DNA from: Candidatus Parcubacteria bacterium
GTDB taxonomy: Bacteria > Patescibacteriota > Minisyncoccia > Minisyncoccales > JAGMDC01
Assembly: GCA_023128895.1 (NCBI GenBank)
Contig: JAGMDC010000003.1
Coordinates: forward strand, 155,651 to 219,650
Direction: 5' to 3'
DNA: 64,000 nt
Shown here one piece after another: positions 35,479 to 44,773 of the stretch. The notes below the pieces were generated by a model that was not told the origin of the DNA, ran no database searches, and saw nothing but the letters and a program-made list of their open reading frames with translations. Made by a program: the position numbers and the translations under genes. Within the stretch, counting starts at the first letter, position 1, and each line of letters opens with the position of its first letter.

Positions 35479-36165
35479 CTTTGCCGCAATAATTTTTGGT
35501 TTATTAGTTCGCGCCAAAAAATATTTCAAAAAAATATTTTTTGATTAAACCAATAAATCCTTTCATTTTATTATAATACTCACTCTTATTGTACCACTTC
35601 CTAAAAATAGCGCAAAACAAAACTGTCAAAGGTTCAACCTCCGACAGTAAAAATTTCCAGTATGATATACTAAAAATACAAAGACTCATTTTCCGAACCA
35701 TCACCGGATGGCGGCGTGCCCGGGACTACCGGGATAGGAAATGGGTCGTTTTTTTTCATTTTCAGATTCTACACAAGTTTTTTACACATTCAACTCCTTC
35801 AAAAACAAAAGATTGAATCCCTAATTTTTTGGCTACTTCAATATTCTCCTTTGAATCGTCAAAATAAATACATTCTTCGGGTTTTAAATTATTCTCTACT
35901 AATAAGTTTTTGTAGGCTTCCGGATTTGGTTTAACAAATCCTGTTTGCCAAGAATAATAAACTTTATCAAAAATTTCTTCTAAAAATGGAAATGTTTTTT
36001 TATAATAATTTGCTCTTTCAATAAAATTATTCGACAAAACAAAAATTTTAACGCCTCTATTTCTTAATTTTTTAACCAATTCAATCATCTCGGGCACTTC
36101 TTTTTCTGCGCTAAACCAGAAATCAAAAAATTGTTCTTCTGCTAGTTCAATGCCCCATTTTTCTA

Positions 36166-36265
36166 AATGAACCCTACGGGATACATTTTCTGCGTTCGCT
36201 CTAGAATATAAACAAACTTCGCTTCGCTCGTTTGTTTATATTCCTCTCGCTCACTTGAAAATAAG
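36166..36265 (-). repeat. nested-hairpin element, HAD insert 2 (100 nt)
   Basis: The minus strand reads CTTATTTTCAAGTGAGCGAGAGG-[AATATAAACAAAC gagcgaagcgaa GTTTGTTTATATT]-CTAGAGCGAACGCAGAAAATGTATCCCGTAGGGTTCATT. Confidence 0.75.
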
Positions 36266-36385
36266 ACTTCCAATAATCAAAAGAACTACCGGCATTCGGC
36301 TTTCTCGCTTTTGCCATTATGTTTTTCAACGCAGGTAAAAAATCTTCTTTTGAAACGCCAAATTCTTTTTGGAATCTATCGCTTA

Positions 36386-36489
36386 AATGAATCCCCAGAC
36401 GAAGTCCGGGGATACATTTTCCGCGTTCGCTCGGAAGCCCAAGCGAGAGTATTCTCGCTTGGGCTTCCCTCGCTTCACTTGAAAATAAG
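36386..36489 (-). repeat. nested-hairpin element, HAD insert 1 (104 nt)
   Basis: The minus strand reads CTTATTTTCAAGTGAAGCGAGG-[GAAGCCCAAGCGAGA ata CTCTCGCTTGGGCTTC]-CGAGCGAACGCGGAAAATGTATCCCCGGACTTCGTCTGGGGATTCATT. Confidence 0.75.
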
Positions 36490-36577
36490 GACTTTGGATA
36501 AAAATTCCATTAAGGTCAAAAATAATTGCTTTTATCATATTTTTTATATTTTACCACTTTATAAAATTTAGCGCAAA

Positions 36578-36616
36578 ACAAAAACCCTATTTGCCTCGCA
36601 ATAGGGTTTTTGTTTT
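36578..36616 (-). terminator. rho-independent (bidirectional-looking) terminator after the giant surface protein gene
   Basis: Stem ACCCTATT-gcctcgc-AATAGGGT is flanked by an A-run and TTTTTGTTTT. Confidence 0.65.
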
Positions 36617-36640
36617 GTATCCTGAAATATCCGCGCTAGT

Positions 36641-39571
36641 TTACGCGATTTTGCCGCGGATGAATTCTTTTGCTTTAATTTGCGCAATCTTTAATTGAAG
36701 CAATTTCTTTGCCTGAAATTCCTGATATTTTCTTTTGCGCAATTCAAACCAATCCTGAATGTCAATAATGTATGACTTGAACAGCCAGATCAAGAACAGG
36801 GCGATTGCCAATGGAATAAAGAATGAATCAAGAAAAATGTTATTGGTTAATCCTGTGGAAACGCCTGTTGCAACTGCGGCAGTAGTTGTCTTTATTCTGT
36901 TTACCATAATATTAATGGTGTCTGATTCTTCAATCTCGGTGTCTTCAGAAATGACAACAACAGAATTCTTTAACAATGTTTGCCCAATATTAAAGTGCGT
37001 TAAACCTGCTACATAAGCATTATAAGTAATTGTCTTCTTCTTATTCGCGGATATATCGCCGACATTTAACCCGGAAAATATATCGCCTGTTGAAGAAATT
37101 CCGCTCACTTTAAGAGAACCAGATTGATAAATCATTCTGTCAGGCAGAGTGTCTTCAACTACTATATTATAGATCTTGGCGTCTTTTGCCCTTACCACAA
37201 TAGAGAAAGAAATAACATCGTTTGGCTCCGCGGGAACATAAGTTGTCCAAGGTCCGCCGTCAGTGAGATTGCGGCCTAATTTCTCCACCGTCATTTCGCC
37301 TTGCTCCGGCTCGGAAGAAACTCTTACTGCGACGCTGTCGCTCGCTGTGCCGCCGTCGCCTGTGCAAGTGATAGTATATGTCTTGTTAGATGTAAGATGA
37401 TTTGTTATTTCTGAACCGGATAAAGATCTGGAACCAGACCAGGCGTTGGACGCGTAACAGGAATTAGCGTTGCTTGATGTCCAAGTTAAATTGGCTGTAG
37501 TGTCATAATCAATTGTAATAGGCCCGTTAGACCCGTCTGCCTTGATGTCAACTGTCGGCGCGGAAACGCAGTCCTGCGCGTTCACAGGAACTGTTGCCTG
37601 GGCTGACAATAATTCCCTTTCAACCATAACTTTGGCTGTGTAAGTTCCAGGATTTGAATAATTGCAAAGATTGTAAGCAGTGTAATTATTGTCGTTTCTT
37701 GTAATTATTTTTTCCCAATTGCCGTCATTTTCGCAGTCAAAAAAATATGTTATAAGCCCGGTTGCGGTGCCATAGACATTGGCGTTCAAATCAACATTTT
37801 GCAACGGAGCACATCCGGAATTTGGGTTGGCTGTGAAAGTAACATAAAGCGTTGGCGACTCGTGCACCTTGACTAAGATATTCATAGAATCAGAATCGCT
37901 CAAGCCATAAGGGTCTGTTACGGTTAATGTACAGGTGTATGTTGTTTCAGACGAAACAGAAGGAGCGTAATACAATGGCTGGGCTATGCTTGAACTGGAC
38001 AGTGTGCCCCCGGTACAAGACCAGGAATAAGTAATCTCGTCTCCGTCCGGGTCAGTGCCTGAACCCTGTAAAACAATGGATTCTGTTTCGTATGTCTCTT
38101 TATCGAGGCCGGCATTGGCAACAGGCGGATTGTTCAGTTGCGCGTTAACCGCGACAGTCACGCTGTCCTGCGCATACCCGCTCGTGCCGGAACAACTAAT
38201 AGTATATGTCTTTGAAGATATAAGACTGCCAGTGGATTCTGCGCCTGAAATAGGTTTTTCGCCTGTCCAATCATTATAAGCATAACAAGAATCAGCGTTC
38301 TCCGACATCCAGGTTAATTCTGCTGAAGTATTATAATCAATAGTGATTGGCCCGTCAGAGCCATTTGCCTTAATATCAACTGTTGGAACCAACGGCTGTT
38401 CAACATTAACGGTCACACTATCGCTCACAGAACCGCCTATGCCTGAACAAATAATAGTATATGTTCTGGAAGATGTTAAAATATTAGTGAATTCTGAACC
38501 AGACAAAGATTTGTCTCCAGACCACGCACCAGTAGCATAACAAGAATCAGCGTTCTCCGACACCCAGGTTAATTCTGCTGAAGTGTTATAATCAATTACG
38601 ATAGGCCCGTCAGAACCATTGGCTTTGATGTCAACTGTCGGCTCGGCGGGCTGTTCCACATTAACTGTTACGCTATCTACCGCATAGCCAACCTGCCCTG
38701 TGCAAGTAATTGTATATGTTTTAGAAGATATCAAATTGCCAGTCTGTTCAGAGCCAGATAACGGCTTATCTCCAGTCCAATCTCCTGTGGCATGGCAAAA
38801 GTCAGAATTTTCAGAAACCCAGGTTAATCTCGCTGAAGTATTATAATCAATTGTGACAGGACCGTCAGACCCATTTGCCTTAATATCCACTGTCGGCTCG
38901 GCTGGCTGTTCAACATTAATAGTAACGCTATCTGTCGCTGTTCCGCCTTCACCTGTGCAAGTAATTGTAAAAGTTGTGTTTTCTGTTAAATAACAAGATG
39001 TTTCTGTACCGCTTAATGGCTTGCTTGTTGCAAACCAATCGCCGCATCCGCCAGAAGGAACGCAGGCATCAGCGTTTTCTGATGTCCAGACCAATTCAGC
39101 TGTATTATTATAATCAACAGCAATCGGACCGTCAGACCCATTTGCCTTAATATCAACCGTCGGAGCAGGACATTCAGTTGTAAATGTCTTATCAGCGCCA
39201 TAAGAAATTCCCTGATTATTTTTTGCTAACACCCTAAAATAATAAGTCGTGCATCTTGAGAGTTCTGAAACATTTGTAGAAAACGGTCCTGTATAAGAAC
39301 GATACACCCATGAAGTTGAATTATCATAATCGGTAGATGTTCCATACTGAAACCGATAATACATACTATTGCACCCGCCAGCGCTGGTTATTCTTCCATT
39401 TAAAGTTGCGGAAATCTCAGTGATACTTGTCGCATCTTCTGTAACCACTGTAGGCCGGATAGGCGTACACCGCCACGCTGAAGCAAACAAAGGCAAAACT
39501 AAGCCAATACAAATTAAGGAAATTATAATTCCCTTCTTAAAATCGAACATACTAGTCGTTTTATTAGTCAT
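36641..39571 (-). CDS. giant cell-surface protein: FN3-like, 5 x Ig-like repeats, PKD-like, DUF11-like domains, C-terminal TM anchor
   Basis: Five repeats of PTVDIKANGSDGPI.IDYNTSAELTW.SENADSC. PKD-like region NPPVANAGLDK...GSGTDPDGDEITYSW. The C-terminus ATGVSTGLTNNIFLDSFFIPLAIALFLIWLF is followed by a long basic tail. Confidence 0.8.
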   Translation of the reverse strand: MTNKTTSMFDFKKGIIISLICIGLVLPLFASAWRCTPIRPTVVTEDATSITEISATLNGRITSAGGCNSMYYRFQYGTSTDYDNSTSWVYRSYTGPFSTNVSELSRCTTYYFRVLAKNNQGISYGADKTFTTECPAPTVDIKANGSDGPIAVDYNNTAELVWTSENADACVPSGGCGDWFATSKPLSGTETSCYLTENTTFTITCTGEGGTATDSVTINVEQPAEPTVDIKANGSDGPVTIDYNTSARLTWVSENSDFCHATGDWTGDKPLSGSEQTGNLISSKTYTITCTGQVGYAVDSVTVNVEQPAEPTVDIKANGSDGPIVIDYNTSAELTWVSENADSCYATGAWSGDKSLSGSEFTNILTSSRTYTIICSGIGGSVSDSVTVNVEQPLVPTVDIKANGSDGPITIDYNTSAELTWMSENADSCYAYNDWTGEKPISGAESTGSLISSKTYTISCSGTSGYAQDSVTVAVNAQLNNPPVANAGLDKETYETESIVLQGSGTDPDGDEITYSWSCTGGTLSSSSIAQPLYYAPSVSSETTYTCTLTVTDPYGLSDSDSMNILVKVHESPTLYVTFTANPNSGCAPLQNVDLNANVYGTATGLITYFFDCENDGNWEKIITRNDNNYTAYNLCNYSNPGTYTAKVMVERELLSAQATVPVNAQDCVSAPTVDIKADGSNGPITIDYDTTANLTWTSSNANSCYASNAWSGSRSLSGSEITNHLTSNKTYTITCTGDGGTASDSVAVRVSSEPEQGEMTVEKLGRNLTDGGPWTTYVPAEPNDVISFSIVVRAKDAKIYNIVVEDTLPDRMIYQSGSLKVSGISSTGDIFSGLNVGDISANKKKTITYNAYVAGLTHFNIGQTLLKNSVVVISEDTEIEESDTINIMVNRIKTTTAAVATGVSTGLTNNIFLDSFFIPLAIALFLIWLFKSYIIDIQDWFELRKRKYQEFQAKKLLQLKIAQIKAKEFIRGKIA

Positions 39572-39578
39572 AATAATA

Positions 39579-40277
39579 TTAGTCGATTAGCACTGACTCC
39601 ACGGCAATTCTTTTATAATCCTTGCCTGGGGGCCAGCAACTAATTGATATTAAAATATTTCTATTATTTGTCAAGTGGTTTTCAGGAATTTCTTCTCCTT
39701 TGTCTAAAAATATTTTTCGCGACACAGAATAAACATACTTCTGATTATCATAATAAATAATAATCTTATCGCCCTTGTTTAATTCATTAAGACGGCTAAA
39801 AACCCAATCATATTTAATCTTTGGCCAGTTTGCCGGAGCGCTATGCCCCAAAACTATTGTTTGTCCATTCTCGCCGAATAACACTGACTCCGGATAATAA
39901 ACCACTCCCTTATCTAACAATTTATGCAAAACCTGATTATTGGAACTATTCGTGAAAACAATAGGAGCTGAAATTCCGATTTTGGGAATTTTTATACTAT
40001 TTTTACTTCCTATATTCCCTGTATATTTCGGTTGTTTTTTGTTCTCGCTTGTCTTGTCTTCTTTTACAACGCTCGCGCGTTCCAAATCCGACAAACCATT
40101 CTCTTCCGCGTCAACCGCGCTCATGCTCTGGAAAGGCGCTGTTGCAATGCCAGCGATTATTCTATAATTAAACACCCAGGAAACATCCGCCCAGTTCATA
40201 GCCAAAAAACTGAAAACGAACAAAACAACAAAGGGCTTCCACAATTTTTTAATCTCTTGTTTAGAAAATATATTCAT
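39579..40277 (-). CDS. sortase family transpeptidase
   Basis: N-terminal TM helix, IVLGHSAP (His), ILISISCWPPG (Cys) and KRIAVESV (Arg). Lies immediately upstream of the giant surface protein. Confidence 0.65.
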   Translation of the reverse strand: MNIFSKQEIKKLWKPFVVLFVFSFLAMNWADVSWVFNYRIIAGIATAPFQSMSAVDAEENGLSDLERASVVKEDKTSENKKQPKYTGNIGSKNSIKIPKIGISAPIVFTNSSNNQVLHKLLDKGVVYYPESVLFGENGQTIVLGHSAPANWPKIKYDWVFSRLNELNKGDKIIIYYDNQKYVYSVSRKIFLDKGEEIPENHLTNNRNILISISCWPPGKDYKRIAVESVLID

Positions 40278-40404
40278 ATTTCATATTTCGGATTTTTCCT
40301 TATTATACCAACAACCACAAATTTGTCAAGAGCAATGAGAACAAAGTTAAAATTGTGAATTATTGATTTTGACAAACATACGATAATTTGGGAAAATATA
40401 AGTA

Positions 40405-41268
40405 ATGGAAATTAAAAAAATCACAAAATTCCTATGGGGCGAGTTTATTTACGGAGGACATTTACTTTCTTTTGGAGCGTCAGGTATTCTTTGTTTTAGC
40501 GCGATAATTTTAAATCAAAAAATCTCAATCCCTCTTTTAATACTTGGCTATTTGATTTCTCAAATAACATATTTTTATAATCATTTCAAAGAACTTAAAA
40601 AAGATTTTTTAACAAACTTTCAAAGAACACAACATATTCAAAAATCTAAAAAATATTTTTTAATTATTTTTGGTTTTTATTGGGGTTTCTTTTTTTTGTG
40701 TTTAATTTATATCAATAATTTAGCAGTCATACTCCTGTCTTTGTTTATAATATCCGGCGGACTTCTATACACAATTTTTTTAAAAAACTTATCTAAAAAA
40801 ATAATTGAATTTAAAAGTTTTTATGTTTCTTTTTTTTGGGCGTTATCAATAATATTAATAGGATTTTATTATAATGTTTCTTTTAGTTTGCTTTTATCTC
40901 TGCTTTTCTCTTTTGTATTTTTAAGATGGTTAATGAACACAATTTTTTTCAACATCAAAGACATCGAATCCGATAAAAAAGAAAATTTAAAAACCTTAGC
41001 GATACTATTCGGAAAGCACAAAACCATAGATTGTCTTCATATAATTAATATTTTTTCTTTTGTTCCTATTATTATAGGCGTTTATACAAATTTACTGCCA
41101 TTGTTTTCTTTATTTATTCTAATTTTTTATTTTTATAGTTTTTATTATTTAGAAAAAGCTAAAAAAGAAAAAACACAAATTCATAATTTATCTTATATAA
41201 TGGTAGATGGAGAATATTTACTTTGGCCATTTATTCTGCTTTTAGGTAAAATCATCATTAATTTATGA
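40405..41268 (+). CDS. UbiA-family prenyltransferase-like membrane protein
   Basis: About 8 TM helices. The second Asp-rich motif is NIKDIESDKKENLKTLAILFG. The first motif is degenerate (YNHFKELKKD). Confidence 0.5.
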   Translation: MEIKKITKFLWGEFIYGGHLLSFGASGILCFSAIILNQKISIPLLILGYLISQITYFYNHFKELKKDFLTNFQRTQHIQKSKKYFLIIFGFYWGFFFLCLIYINNLAVILLSLFIISGGLLYTIFLKNLSKKIIEFKSFYVSFFWALSIILIGFYYNVSFSLLLSLLFSFVFLRWLMNTIFFNIKDIESDKKENLKTLAILFGKHKTIDCLHIINIFSFVPIIIGVYTNLLPLFSLFILIFYFYSFYYLEKAKKEKTQIHNLSYIMVDGEYLLWPFILLLGKIIINL

Positions 41269-42848
41269 TAAATATAGATTTAATAGAAAATATAATAATT
41301 GTTTTAATAAATCTTATTGGATTATGGATGGTTTTTTGGGTTCTTAGCGCTAATAAAAAAGAAAAATTAAACCAATGGTTTGCTGTAATGACATTTTTTC
41401 TTGTTCTTTGGGTTGATTTTGCTTTTTTGGGATATAAAACTGATCAAACATTTTTAGCAACATTTTTTTATAAATTAAATTGGGGTTCAGTAGCTCTATT
41501 TCTTATTTCTTCTTATTATTTTTATGTTCTCTATTTCTTAAAAGAAAAAGGCAAACATCCAATTATAGAAAAATCTATTTTATTATTTGGAATTTTTTTA
41601 GCGTTTCTTTCAATATCTACTAATTTTATTATTAAAACATCTGTTATCCAACCTTGGGGCGCGGAAATAATTTTTGGTTTTGGAAATAACTTATTTAATA
41701 TTTACGCTCTTTTTATAACTGTAATGATTATTGGCTTATCGTTTAAAAAATACTTTCAGTTTTCTGGAGTACAAAAACTGAAGATACAATATTTTCTAAT
41801 TGGAATCTTTGTGTTTGTTTTGTTTAATATTATTTTCAATATAATTATTCCTTCTAGAACTGGCACAGTTGAATATCAACGCTTTGGAGATTATTCAGCT
41901 ATTATCTTTCTCGGGTTTACGGCGTATGCGATTGTGAGACATAAACTGTTTGACATTAAGGTTGTTCTGACTTCGTTGTTTGTTGTCTTGATTGCGATTT
42001 TGCTTTTACTTGATCTTTTCCTTCTCACAACAGAGCCCTCGTATCAACTCTTTAAAGGATTAATTTTCTTCATTTTCCTTTATTTCGGCTTTATGCTTAT
42101 TAGAAGCGTTAGAGGAGAAGTTAAAAGAAGAGAAGAAGCGGAAATATTGTCGCAGGCAAAATCAGAGTTTATCTCTATGGCGTCACACCAATTAAGAACT
42201 CCTCTCACGGCAATCAAGGGCTATACATCAATGATGCTTGAAGAAAGTTATGGAAAGATTGAACCAAGGGGGAAAAGAGTATTAAGCAATGTTTTAATTT
42301 CTTCCGATAGATTAGTCAAAATTGTTGAAGACCTGTTAAACATTTCAAGAATTGAATTAGGCAGAATGAAATTAGAAAAACAATTTACTGATATGAAAGA
42401 AATGATTGACAGTATTTATAAAGAAATGGAGGCAAGAGCGAAAGAAAAAAATCTCAAACTTGTATGGAAAAAACCAAAAACTGTTTTTCCAAAACTTAAT
42501 ATAGACGCGCTAAAAATAAGGCAGGTTATTTATAATATAGTAGATAACGCTATAAAATATACCAAAACAGGCAAAATAAAAATAGAATTGCAAAAACAGG
42601 GTTCCAATTTGTTGATTACAATTTCTGACACAGGGAGAGGATTTAGCGAAAAAGACAGAAATAAATTATTTGAATTATTCAGCAGAGGCGATGCTGGAAC
42701 AAATATTTTTGTGGAAGGAACCGGAATGGGCCTATTTGTTGCGAGAAAATTTATTACTTTGCATCAAGGTAGAATATGGGCGGAAAGTAAAGGCAAGGAC
42801 AAAGGAAGCGCATTTTTCATTGAGCTGCCGATAAAATCAATACAATAA
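41265..42848 (+). CDS. sensor histidine kinase with multi-TM N-terminal sensor domain
   Basis: H-box FISMASHQLRTPLTAIKGY, N-box YNIVDNAIKYT, and G-boxes DTGRGF / GTGMGL. ATGA overlap with the upstream gene. Confidence 0.85.
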   Translation: MINIDLIENIIIVLINLIGLWMVFWVLSANKKEKLNQWFAVMTFFLVLWVDFAFLGYKTDQTFLATFFYKLNWGSVALFLISSYYFYVLYFLKEKGKHPIIEKSILLFGIFLAFLSISTNFIIKTSVIQPWGAEIIFGFGNNLFNIYALFITVMIIGLSFKKYFQFSGVQKLKIQYFLIGIFVFVLFNIIFNIIIPSRTGTVEYQRFGDYSAIIFLGFTAYAIVRHKLFDIKVVLTSLFVVLIAILLLLDLFLLTTEPSYQLFKGLIFFIFLYFGFMLIRSVRGEVKRREEAEILSQAKSEFISMASHQLRTPLTAIKGYTSMMLEESYGKIEPRGKRVLSNVLISSDRLVKIVEDLLNISRIELGRMKLEKQFTDMKEMIDSIYKEMEARAKEKNLKLVWKKPKTVFPKLNIDALKIRQVIYNIVDNAIKYTKTGKIKIELQKQGSNLLITISDTGRGFSEKDRNKLFELFSRGDAGTNIFVEGTGMGLFVARKFITLHQGRIWAESKGKDKGSAFFIELPIKSIQ

Positions 42849-43867
42849 TGGTTTCAGAAAATAATTTCAATAAAATTCTAAAAAACACAACAAAAAAAAT
42901 TGACCCTATCGTCAAAAAGATTTTGAGTTTGGACACTAGCAAACGAACAAAAAAAATTACTAATTATCAAATTTTAACCGGAGGTAAAAGAATAAGGCCA
43001 TTCTTAACAATTTTATGCTATAAGTTAGTTGGTGGAAATACAAAAGATGTTTTATACCCAGCGGCTGGCTTAGAAATCCTGCATAATTATACCTTGATTA
43101 TAGACGATCTGATTGATAAATCTGAAACCAGAAGAGAAAGACCAAGTGTTTGGTCTAAATTTGGCTCGGCAACCGCTAACTGCATTGCTGTCAATTATGC
43201 CTCATCTATTTTCCAGGCAAGCGCTAAATCAAAATATTCTATTCAAATCTCAAAAATATTTGCACAAACAATGAAAACCCTTACAGAAGGAGAAATTTTA
43301 GATACTTTATTAGAAAGAGGAGATAGAAAGCAAGAGCCATATATAATTGAAAATATGTATTCAGAAATTCAAAAAAAAGATTATTTTGAAATGGCTGGTA
43401 AAAAAACAGCAAGTTTGTTCCAAACCTGCTGTGAAGTGGGCGGCATCTGCGCTAACGCAAAGCCAAAAGCCCTAAACGCGTTAAAAAATTTTGGCTTTAA
43501 TTTAGGAATTGCTTTTCAAATCAAAGATGATATTTTAGATATCTTTGGAGAAGAGCCAGACAAAAAAATCGGCAATGACATCAAAGAAAGAAAGGGCGGA
43601 AACATTGTTATTATTTTTGCTTTGCAAAAACTTTCAAAAAATGACAAGCAAAAATTATTAAAAATAATGAAAAAGAAAAAAATTCTAAGCAAAGATATTA
43701 AAGATGCAATGAAATTAATTGAAAAAACAAACGCTGAAGAAAAAGCTGAACAATTAGGTAAAAAATACATTGACAACGCAAAAAAATCTCTGAAAACTTT
43801 ACCCCAGAATATACATAATGAAATTCTTGCTTTTACTGCTGACTTTATAATGGCGAGAAAAGAATAA
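42848..43867 (+). CDS. polyprenyl (geranylgeranyl-type) diphosphate synthase
   Basis: FARM LIIDDLIDKSETRR and SARM FQIKDDILD. TAATG overlap with the kinase gene. Confidence 0.8.
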   Translation: MVSENNFNKILKNTTKKIDPIVKKILSLDTSKRTKKITNYQILTGGKRIRPFLTILCYKLVGGNTKDVLYPAAGLEILHNYTLIIDDLIDKSETRRERPSVWSKFGSATANCIAVNYASSIFQASAKSKYSIQISKIFAQTMKTLTEGEILDTLLERGDRKQEPYIIENMYSEIQKKDYFEMAGKKTASLFQTCCEVGGICANAKPKALNALKNFGFNLGIAFQIKDDILDIFGEEPDKKIGNDIKERKGGNIVIIFALQKLSKNDKQKLLKIMKKKKILSKDIKDAMKLIEKTNAEEKAEQLGKKYIDNAKKSLKTLPQNIHNEILAFTADFIMARKE

Positions 43868-43914
43868 AGAAAAATCGGAAGTAATGAAAAATCGGAAGTT
43901 CAACTTCCGATTTT

Positions 43915-44766
43915 TCATTCTTCCAATAAAATTTTTGCTTGTTTAATCAATACCTCTAAATCGTTTAGAGGTATTTTAAATTTTTTAGAAAATTTTTGCG
44001 GGTTAATCTTTAAAACATCTTGAGCGAGCATCATTTTTTGGGAGACAAACGCGTCTTTAATACGGCTTTTTAACGATGGAAGAATTGTAATGGGATAAAA
44101 TTTTTGCTTTTCAATTATGTACTCTAAACTATTGTTTCTGGGCTCTTTCCATCCTAAAAGCTCCATACCAACACATCGGGAATATCGCCTCGCTTTTGCG
44201 GTAAATTTTGTATTTGTAGCTATTATAGTTTTTTTAACGCAATTCTCATATTTTTTAGACCTTAAAAACGCGCCGTTTGATATATCCAAAAAACGAGCAT
44301 AATTCGCAAGCGCGTCTTTTGAGTGAACTCTATCTCCAGCAAGATTCCTGTATTTGCACTCCCCTACATATATGATATTTTCTTTTTGCGCCAAAAAATC
44401 TATTTCATATTTAGAAGCGCATTTACCCGGCAAAAACTGATTTATTTTTACGTCAAACCCTGATTTTTTGAATATCTCCGCAATATATTTTTCAAAAGGA
44501 AAACCTGTTGGACCAAGTTTTTTTATCGCTTGTTTTAATGAAAATTTTAAAGCAGATTTGGAATTCTTTTTTGCCAGCAATTTTCTCACCTGACGATAGA
44601 TATCAGATGTTTTCATTCCAGAAAATACATCTCTTTCAATAATTTGAGCGATTTCTTTTGCCAAATTTCTATTAGCGCCAGCGTTTTGCGCAGACCTATA
44701 CACTTTTTGAAAAGAAAACATTTCCTTTTCTCCTCTTGAATTGATAATGTAAATATTGCTCGCCAT
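43915..44766 (-). CDS. ATP-cone domain fused to a PD-(D/E)xK restriction-endonuclease-like domain
   Basis: Start re-called at the ATG at 44766. ATP-cone-like N-terminus NIYIINSRGEKEMFSFQKVYRSAQNAG. Nuclease core YEIDFLAQKENIIYVGECKY. Confidence 0.6.
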   Translation of the reverse strand: MASNIYIINSRGEKEMFSFQKVYRSAQNAGANRNLAKEIAQIIERDVFSGMKTSDIYRQVRKLLAKKNSKSALKFSLKQAIKKLGPTGFPFEKYIAEIFKKSGFDVKINQFLPGKCASKYEIDFLAQKENIIYVGECKYRNLAGDRVHSKDALANYARFLDISNGAFLRSKKYENCVKKTIIATNTKFTAKARRYSRCVGMELLGWKEPRNNSLEYIIEKQKFYPITILPSLKSRIKDAFVSQKMMLAQDVLKINPQKFSKKFKIPLNDLEVLIKQAKILLEE

Positions 44767-44773
44767 AATACTA

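Larger units (their letters stand above)
35762..36538 (-). pseudogene. HAD-superfamily hydrolase gene interrupted by two nested-hairpin elements
   Basis: Three coding segments in frames 0, +2 and 0: MIKAIIFDLNGIFIQS / LSDRFQKEFGVSKEDFLPALKNIMAKARKPNAGSSFDYWK / LEKWGIELAEEQFFDFWFSAEKEVPEMIELVKKLRNRGVKIFVLSNN... Both inserts carry in-frame stops. Confidence 0.75.

Noticed and set aside
35504-35704. 66-aa ORF in the beta-propeller/HAD intergenic region
   Set aside because: It overlaps the terminator-promoter module and hairpin, has implausible composition, and has no SD or paralog.
36166-36489. Idea that the two HAD-gene inserts are group I/II introns or archaeal bulge-helix-bulge introns
   Set aside because: At about 100 nt they are far too short for group I or II ribozyme cores, and no conserved intron domains are visible. 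The surrounding gene content is bacterial, so an archaeal splicing endonuclease is not expected. Removal by an unknown mechanism is kept only as a hypothesis in the findings.
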